DNA from: an uncultured Rhodocyclaceae bacterium
GTDB lineage: Bacteria > Pseudomonadota > Gammaproteobacteria > Burkholderiales > Rhodocyclaceae
Length of the DNA stretch: 24,000 nucleotides
Assembly (NCBI GenBank): GCA_964607005.1
Contig: CAZSHO010000001.1
Coordinates: 98,457-122,456, forward strand
Direction of reading: 5' to 3'
Shown here: piece by piece, positions 14,409-24,000 of the stretch
Position numbering within the stretch: position 1 is the first letter of the stretch
How the letters are laid out: each line of letters opens with the position of its first letter
The notes under the pieces: generated by a model
Seen by the model: the letters and a program-made list of their open reading frames with translations, nothing else
Told to the model about the DNA's origin: nothing
Databases searched by the model: none
Program-made: the position numbers and the translations under genes

Positions 14409-14848
14409 GCCGCCAGCTTCATCCCGACAAAATATTCCTTCAACTTCGGAAAGGCATGAACCTTCAAACCCGTAGCGCATTCGATCTTTTCAATCGCTGC
14501 CGTAATCCCTGCGGGTGCCTCGGTGGCGAGCACGAACCACATGTTGAGCGTGTGCTCGCGCCGATAGTTGTGGGCGACTTCGGGCAGCGCATTGACGCAG
14601 GCAGCGATCCGGTCATAGTCGGCCTCCGGCACGACCAGTGCCGCCAGTACAAAGGCACCGCCCATGCGCTCGACCTGGAACATCGGGCCGAAACGCGTCA
14701 GCGTTCTGGTCTCCAGCAGCCGTTGCAGGCGCATGATCAGGACCTCTGCGGTCAGGCCCAATGACTCGGCAACTTCGCGGTAGGGCTCATCGCTGAGCGG
14801 AAAGCCGCCCTGCACGGCATTGATGATGGCGCGATCCGTCTCATCCAT
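14405..14848 (-). CDS. nirG: NirG, AsnC/Lrp-like siroheme decarboxylase subunit
   Basis: MDETDRAIINAVQGGFPLSDEPY...EVAHNYRREHTLNMWFVLA. It overlaps the nirDL stop by 8 nt and sits between nirDL and nirH. Confidence 0.85.
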   Translation of the reverse strand: MDETDRAIINAVQGGFPLSDEPYREVAESLGLTAEVLIMRLQRLLETRTLTRFGPMFQVERMGGAFVLAALVVPEADYDRIAACVNALPEVAHNYRREHTLNMWFVLATEAPAGITAAIEKIECATGLKVHAFPKLKEYFVGMKLAA

Positions 14849-15833
14849 GTGCGGCTTCGACCTGCGGGATGTAGAGGGCGCCGCGCTGCTTGAAGCGGCG
14901 GCGCGAAAAAAGCACTTCGTAACGTACTGCTTCGAGCCCCAATCGGTCGCGCAGACGCACCACCGCAGCCTCGACCTCGGTGCGGCTACGCCCGTGAATC
15001 ATGCAATAGAGATTGTAGGGCCACTGTGGCAGATGGCGGCGACGCTTGTAGCACAGGGTTACTTCGGGTTCGGCGGCGAACAGGCGGCCGATGCGCTCGG
15101 CCTCGTGGTCGGGCAGGTCCCAGACAACCATGGCGTTGGAGACGAAGCCCAGTTCGTGATGCCGCACGATGATGCCAAAGCGCTTGATGAGACCCTCGCC
15201 ACGCCAGGCCTTGATCATGGCAATCACTGTGGATTCATCCAGACCGGCCTGTTCGGCAAGGCGAGCGAAAGGACGTGACACCAGCTCAAGACCGTATTGC
15301 AGCACGCCAAGCAGGCGCTCCTCATCGAAAGTCAGTGTTCGCAACACGGCGCCATCGATGCGCCGTGCGGCATAGGGCGACTTGCAGACACCCGCCAGAT
15401 CGAATCCGAGGTCGATGTAAAACTCGTATTCGAGCGGCAGGGAGAGTACCGGATAGCCCAGCTCGCGGCCGATATCGGCAAGCGCCCCGTCCAGATGTGC
15501 CTGGTCGGGTGCAGTGACGACGAACCACAGGTTGTAATGATGCTCGCGCTCGTAATTGTGATTGACTTCGGGCCGGGCACTCACTTTGCGCGCCAGCTCG
15601 ACAAGCTGCGGCGGCGGCACGGCCACCGCCGCCAGGGTGCTTGCGCCGATGCGGCGCGGTGCGAGCACGGCGCCCACACGGCTCACCACACCGCAGGCCT
15701 GCAGCCGGCGCAATGCCGCCAGGACCGTCTCCTCATCGATGCACAGCCGCCAGGCCAGTTCGGCGAATGGCTCCGAATCGAGCGGGAAGCCGCGCTGGAA
15801 TTCATTGACCAGGCGAAAATCAAGCGAGTCCAT
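14841..15833 (-). CDS. nirDL: NirD-NirL fusion (NirDL), siroheme decarboxylase
   Basis: 330 aa made of two tandem AsnC/Lrp-like modules (FRLVNEFQRGFPL...EVNHNYEREHHYNLWFV and LLGVLQYGLELVSRPF...TLCYKRRRHLPQWPYNLYCMIHG). Confidence 0.85.
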   Translation of the reverse strand: MDSLDFRLVNEFQRGFPLDSEPFAELAWRLCIDEETVLAALRRLQACGVVSRVGAVLAPRRIGASTLAAVAVPPPQLVELARKVSARPEVNHNYEREHHYNLWFVVTAPDQAHLDGALADIGRELGYPVLSLPLEYEFYIDLGFDLAGVCKSPYAARRIDGAVLRTLTFDEERLLGVLQYGLELVSRPFARLAEQAGLDESTVIAMIKAWRGEGLIKRFGIIVRHHELGFVSNAMVVWDLPDHEAERIGRLFAAEPEVTLCYKRRRHLPQWPYNLYCMIHGRSRTEVEAAVVRLRDRLGLEAVRYEVLFSRRRFKQRGALYIPQVEAAHG

Positions 15834-15842
15834 GCGCTTTCC

Positions 15843-17012
15843 CTAGAAGCCGATACGATGGGCGCGGCTGGTGAAGAAAATGCCGGAGGGTCCGGACACG
15901 GGGAGTTGTGCCAGACGGGCAAAGCTTGACGTGTCGTAGATCACCACGCGGTTATCGTCGCGTGCCGAGATCCACACCTGATCGCCGCGCGGCGTGAATT
16001 CCATATGAAGTACCGCCTTGCCGGGGGCAAGCGTCTGCACGATCTTCTGCTCGAAGGTGTCGATCACCTGCACCTGGCCATAATCCGGAAAGGCGAAGTT
16101 CACCCAGATCTGGCGGCCATCCGGGCGCGCCATGACGAACACCGGCTGTCCCTTGACGGCAATGCGCCCCACTTCCTGCCAGCTGGTCGTATCCACCACC
16201 AATACTTCATGACGCCCGATCGCCGGCAAATAGGCGCGGTTGCCGGCCACCGCCCAGCCACGCAGATGCGGCATCTTGAACACCGGCAGCTTCTCCTCCC
16301 CCCGGCCGTAATTGGCCAGGATCCGTTTCACGCCCTGCTGTGGCTGCCACAGGTCCAGCAAGGCCAGGCCATCCTCGCCGAACAGGCCGGCGATGTAATA
16401 GCGGCCATCGGGAGTGATCAGCGCATCGTAAGGCTGTCTGCCGATCGACTTGAATTTCGTGATGTGCGGCTGGCGCGGATCGGTCAGATCAGCCACCCAG
16501 ATCTCGCCGGCATCAAAGAGGGAGAAGACGAATCTATTGCCCGGTGCATCGGCAAGCCCGACCACCTTGGAAAACTGCCGGCCATCGCCGTAGGCGGCCG
16601 GAATGTCGGCGAGCAGTTCCAGCGTGCCGGCATCGAACACCTTGACACCACCGGGCTGGTAATTCTGTGCGGCGACCAGCCGTCCGTCCTGCGAGATGGC
16701 ACCACCGATGGAATTGCCGGCCTGCAGGATGCGCCGCTCGATCTTTTGTGCAAGCACATCGACCTTGCTCAGGCCCCCATCGCGGCCAAACACATAGGCA
16801 TAGCGTCCATCACGCGCATAGACAACGGAAGCATGGGACAGATCGCCCAGTCCTTCGACCTCACCCAGCATTGTGCGCGCAGAGGTATCGACCACCGCCA
16901 CGGCACCACGGGCGCGCTCGATGACCACGCCCAGATCGCCCGTACCGCGCAGTGCCGGTGTCGCACAGGCGGCAAGCAGCAGGGCGGACAGGAGCGGGAG
17001 CAGGAGTTTCAT
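15843..17012 (-). CDS. nirF: NirF, cd1-like beta-propeller heme d1 biosynthesis protein (lipoprotein-type signal)
   Basis: MKLLLPLLSALLLAAC lipobox. Propeller repeats are homologous to NirS/NirN, and the conserved C-terminus is GIFFTSRAHRIGF. The ATG at 17012 overlaps the nirC TGA by 1 nt; a GTG at 17015 is also possible. Confidence 0.9.
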   Translation of the reverse strand: MKLLLPLLSALLLAACATPALRGTGDLGVVIERARGAVAVVDTSARTMLGEVEGLGDLSHASVVYARDGRYAYVFGRDGGLSKVDVLAQKIERRILQAGNSIGGAISQDGRLVAAQNYQPGGVKVFDAGTLELLADIPAAYGDGRQFSKVVGLADAPGNRFVFSLFDAGEIWVADLTDPRQPHITKFKSIGRQPYDALITPDGRYYIAGLFGEDGLALLDLWQPQQGVKRILANYGRGEEKLPVFKMPHLRGWAVAGNRAYLPAIGRHEVLVVDTTSWQEVGRIAVKGQPVFVMARPDGRQIWVNFAFPDYGQVQVIDTFEQKIVQTLAPGKAVLHMEFTPRGDQVWISARDDNRVVIYDTSSFARLAQLPVSGPSGIFFTSRAHRIGF

Positions 17013-17359
17013 CACTTTGTCTCTTCAGGAAAGCCGTGTCTGAGCTGACGGACCACCCAGTCCGCCTCGTTTTCGTTCATGAAACGCTTCCAGGGCGGCA
17101 TCGCCGTCCCCGGACGGCCGTTCAGAATGGTGTCGCGCAGCGATCCGGCCGGCTTGTCGCGCAGGGCCTGGGGCAGCAGCGAAGGCCCGAGCCCGCCCTT
17201 GAGTGTCAGGCCATGGCACGAACCACAATCCTCGCGCACCATATGCACCAGCTCCTGTGCGCGTTCAGGCGACGGGTCGGCCGCCCGGGACAGCAACGGA
17301 ACCCACTGTATCGCAAGCAGCGCGAAAAGAATTGGGCCCGTCTTCAGATTGGCGTTCAT
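17012..17359 (-). CDS. nirC: NirC, monoheme cytochrome c (c55X)
   Basis: 115 aa with a signal peptide (ILFALLAIQWVPLLSRA) and a single CGSCHG heme c motif with PPW downstream. It sits between nirS and nirF. Confidence 0.85.
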   Translation of the reverse strand: MNANLKTGPILFALLAIQWVPLLSRAADPSPERAQELVHMVREDCGSCHGLTLKGGLGPSLLPQALRDKPAGSLRDTILNGRPGTAMPPWKRFMNENEADWVVRQLRHGFPEETK

Positions 17360-17410
17360 CGTTCCGCTCAGGATGCCTGTAATTACCCCGGGAAGCTTTG
17401 ACTTTTCTCA

Positions 17411-17445
17411 ATTTTTAAAACAAGCGGGGGCCCGCAGGCCCCCGC
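17411..17445 (-). terminator. Rho-independent terminator/attenuator downstream of nirS
   Basis: On the minus strand, GCGGGGGCC-tgcg-GGCCCCCGC forms a 9-bp GC stem followed by TTGTTTTAAAAATT. It starts 27 nt after the conserved nirS stop codon at 17472-17474. Confidence 0.8.
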
Positions 17446-17471
17446 TCGATTCGGCTTGCGCCGATGCCGGA

Positions 17472-19329
<1,858 letters not shown>

Positions 19330-19370
19330 TTAATCTGGAGCAAATCAGTCAAGCTTTCATCTGTCCGGCA

Positions 19371-21194
19371 TCAGTGTTCTTCGGCACTCACGGACAGGCC
19401 GGGGGAAGCCTTCCCTGCTTCGTGGCCGCTCTTGATGCGTTGCTCGCGCCGCTTGCGCCGTTCGATCAGCGGCGGACACGTCTTGTCGTCGTAATAGATG
19501 ACCTGACAGTCCAGACAATAGTGGCATTCGTTGGCATTGATCTCTCCGGTCGGGCGGATCGCCCGCACCGGGCACTGGCTGGCACAGACCTGACAGGGCT
19601 TGCCGCATTCCTTGCGCCGGCGCAGCCACCATTCGAACAACCGGAAGCGGCCCGGAATGGCCAGAGCCGCCCCGAGCGGACAAAGGTACTTGCAATAGAA
19701 TTTGCGATTGACCGCCGCCAGACCAATGAGGATCAGCGCGTACAGGATGTAGTGCCAGTCACGCTGGAAGCGCATGGCGATCACGGTCTTGAACGGCTCC
19801 ACCTCGGCGAACCAGGCAGCCTGGGCAATCGACTGCAGCGAGACACCGAAGAGCAGGATGAGGATGATGTACTTGAGCGCAACGAGCCGCTCATGCACGG
19901 CATTGCTGAATTCGAACTGCGGCAGATTCAATTTGCGCGAAGCGACAAGGATCAGTTCCTGCAAGGCGCCAAACGGGCAGAGCCAGCCGCAATACACCCC
20001 ACGCCCCCAGAGCAGGAGCGTCATCGCCACGAATCCCCAGAGGATGAAGAGCATCGGATCAATGAGGAAATGCTCCCAGCGGAAGCCGCCCATCACCGAG
20101 TTGGTGAAGGTCAGCACATTGATCACCGACAGCTGGGCGAGGCCATACCAGCCGAGGAAGAAAAGTGAATAAACATGAAAACCATAGCGTACCCGCTTGA
20201 GTAATTTCGGGCGCCTGGCCAGCCAGTCCTGGAAGATCAGAATGATGAACAGCGTCGCCAGGCCCAGCACCAGCACGGTGATCTCGAAGACGCGGTTACG
20301 CCAGATGCCGATCCACATCGGCTCGTCCTCTTGCAGCGCCGTCACAACTGACGATGGCCATGAAGTCTGGGCAGGGCCGCCTACCGACTCGGCCCGCGCT
20401 GGTACGGCGGAGGTCCTGCCGGACATCGGTTGTTCCAACGATTTTTCCGGCGACTTTGATGAGGCTTCCGGTCCCGATACCGCCTGCGCCGGACGCTGGC
20501 GTGCCGGAGCCGGCTTGGCTTGCGGGCGCTTTACCGGCTCTTCGACCGACGGCAGCGGCCCGGTCACCTGTTGCGACCCCGCCGGCCCGGGCAGGAGCAC
20601 CGGTTCACTGGTTGAAGCGGGTCCGGCTTTCGCTTCCGGGGCGACTTCCTGCGCCACCGCAGAGGGAACGGGAGGAACAATCCCGCGTGCAGTCGCTACC
20701 GCCCGGGCCGAGCGCATCACGGTGGAATTGATGACCATCACCGTGATGGTGGCGCCGGAAATGCCATCGACGGCAATATGCCCGGAGCGGGGCGCACCAA
20801 TGATCACCTTGTCGAAGGCATTCTTGCCCTGATACTGCGCGGCATAGCGTGCCAGGCGTTCATGGGTGATGCCGACCGCCAGAATCGGCTCATCGTGATT
20901 GACAATCGTGAGCCCCGCGATACGCCCGCTCAGATCCAGCCCGACCAGCACATTGATCGGCTTGCCGGAATACGCCGGGATGCGCAGCACATCGTCGCTC
21001 AGGAACACATAGCCGATCGTTTTGCCATCCTGGAAAACGGCGGCCGAGGGAGGAGACCCCTCGAAGTCCCCATATCTTTCGGCCTGCGGGAAAATCGAGT
21101 GCAGCTGAGGATAGGTCGTGGACAATTCGGCCGCCTGCGCCCATCCGCCCAGGCAAATGGCCAGCAGTCCGAAGAGGAATCGTCTGATGATCAA
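19371..21194 (-). CDS. nirI: NosR/NirI-family membrane-bound FMN-binding iron-sulfur regulator/electron donor
   Basis: It has a periplasmic FMN_bind-like motif (VDGISGATITVMV), TM helices with CPFGALQE and CKYLCPLGA motifs, and a C-terminal ferredoxin-like region (CGKPCQVCASQCP, CHYCLDCQ). The ORF-track start (21350) overlaps the tRNA. I propose the TTG at 21194, which gives the signal peptide MIIRRFLFGLLAICLGGWAQA. The start is uncertain. Confidence 0.75.
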   Translation of the reverse strand: MIIRRFLFGLLAICLGGWAQAAELSTTYPQLHSIFPQAERYGDFEGSPPSAAVFQDGKTIGYVFLSDDVLRIPAYSGKPINVLVGLDLSGRIAGLTIVNHDEPILAVGITHERLARYAAQYQGKNAFDKVIIGAPRSGHIAVDGISGATITVMVINSTVMRSARAVATARGIVPPVPSAVAQEVAPEAKAGPASTSEPVLLPGPAGSQQVTGPLPSVEEPVKRPQAKPAPARQRPAQAVSGPEASSKSPEKSLEQPMSGRTSAVPARAESVGGPAQTSWPSSVVTALQEDEPMWIGIWRNRVFEITVLVLGLATLFIILIFQDWLARRPKLLKRVRYGFHVYSLFFLGWYGLAQLSVINVLTFTNSVMGGFRWEHFLIDPMLFILWGFVAMTLLLWGRGVYCGWLCPFGALQELILVASRKLNLPQFEFSNAVHERLVALKYIILILLFGVSLQSIAQAAWFAEVEPFKTVIAMRFQRDWHYILYALILIGLAAVNRKFYCKYLCPLGAALAIPGRFRLFEWWLRRRKECGKPCQVCASQCPVRAIRPTGEINANECHYCLDCQVIYYDDKTCPPLIERRKRREQRIKSGHEAGKASPGLSVSAEEH

Positions 21195-21318
21195 GAGACA
21201 AGCCTCATGCCGGATGACCGTCCATGGGGCCGGAAAACCTTTCGAGAATCCGCGCCGATCGCATCTGAAGAGAAGAGAGTCTGTCGTATGTCTTGCAGGA
21301 CTGCCTGCGCTGCATTCA

Positions 21319-21405
21319 TGGTGCCGGGAGGGGGACTCGAACCCCCACACTGTCGCCAGCGGCGGATTTTGAGTCCGCTGCGTCTACCAATTCCGCCATC
21401 CCGGC
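21319..21405 (-). tRNA. tRNA-Leu (anticodon CAA), 87 nt with long variable arm and encoded CCA
   Basis: The minus-strand sequence is GCCGGGATGGCGGAATTGGTAGACGCAGCGGACTCAAAATCCGCCGCTGGCGACAGTGTGGGGGTTCGAGTCCCCCTCCCGGCACCA. The acceptor stem GCCGGGA/TCCCGGC, the anticodon stem GCGGA/TCCGC with loop CTCAAAA, and the T-arm GGGGG-TTCGAGT-CCCCC all pair. Confidence 0.95.
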
Positions 21406-21522
21406 TGAATGAACCCCATGCCTGCCAAGTCGTATTCCGCCACGCCGCCAGGCGGGCGCGTAGAATGCGGGCCAAAAAAGAGCCGGCATTATCCCGCATC
21501 CACCCACTTCAAATCAAACGAA

Positions 21523-23653
<2,131 letters not shown>

Positions 23654-23711
23654 TTTCGGACTTTTATTTTTCCTGTCCAGATATTCCGCATTTCCTTATT
23701 TGGAGAAAAGC

Positions 23712-24000
23712 ATGCTGATTTCGAATGCTTGGGCACAAGCCGCGCCTGCTGCCAACGCAGACCCCACTGCCAGCCTGATGGGCATGCTGCCCATCCTGCT
23801 GATGTTCGTCGTACTGTGGTTTCTCATGATCCGGCCACAAATGAAGCGGAGCAAGGAACACCGGGCAATGCTCGAAGCCATGCAGAAAGGCGACGAAGTG
23901 CTGACCAACGGCGGCATCGCCGGGCGCCTCGTCCAGGTCGGCGATGCATATGTCACGGTGGCGATTGCCGACAAGGTCGAGATCTCCGTGCAGAAGAACG
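23712..24000 (+). CDS. yajC: Preprotein translocase subunit YajC (3' end cut by window edge)
   Basis: This ORF is absent from the ORF track because it has no stop in the window. The ATG at 23712 follows a GGAGAA SD. The sequence MLISNAWAQA...LPILLMFVVLWFLMIRPQMKRSKEHRAMLEAMQKGDEVLTNGGIAGR is a typical YajC sequence, in the usual position after tgt. Confidence 0.9.
   Translation, partial: MLISNAWAQAAPAANADPTASLMGMLPILLMFVVLWFLMIRPQMKRSKEHRAMLEAMQKGDEVLTNGGIAGRLVQVGDAYVTVAIADKVEISVQKN

Noticed and set aside
19371-21405. tRNA-Leu as the attachment site of a genomic island carrying the nir cluster.
   Set aside because: I saw no integrase, no transposase, no evident direct repeat of the tRNA 3' end and no GC-content discontinuity across the boundary. 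It remains only a synteny break between the housekeeping genes queA-tgt-yajC and the nir genes.

Overview
High-GC (roughly 63-65% by eye) proteobacterial chromosomal window. Gene content looks betaproteobacterial or Rhodocyclales-like, which is inference only. There are four blocks.

(1) 2-7972 is an accessory redox region. A tightly coupled plus-strand module encodes a SCO copper chaperone, a cytochrome b + 2x[4Fe-4S] + MvhD-like fusion, a small membrane protein, a divergent heme-copper-oxidase (HCO)-like 12-TM subunit and a 62-aa protein. It converges on a minus-strand DUF2249 + polytopic membrane protein pair. That pair shares a divergent FNR/DNR-box promoter with a second, paralogous cytochrome b fused to a [2Fe-2S] ferredoxin and an FNR-type flavoreductase.

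(2) 8042-10966 holds a nitronate-monooxygenase-family flavoprotein and creD.

(3) 11061-21194 (minus strand) is a cd1 nitrite reductase / heme d1 cluster: nirI/nosR-like, nirS, nirC, nirF, nirDL, nirG, nirH, nirJ, nirN. It has FNR/DNR-type boxes upstream of nirS. nirS carries two in-frame TAG codons near its 3' end.

(4) tRNA-Leu(CAA), queA, tgt and the start of yajC.

The best candidate for an undescribed system is the HCO-like module, which has no cytochrome c, CuA or NorC-type partner and instead has a dedicated cyt b/FeS/MvhD fusion. No CRISPR array, transposase or integrase was seen. All family assignments rest on motifs read by eye; no database search was run.
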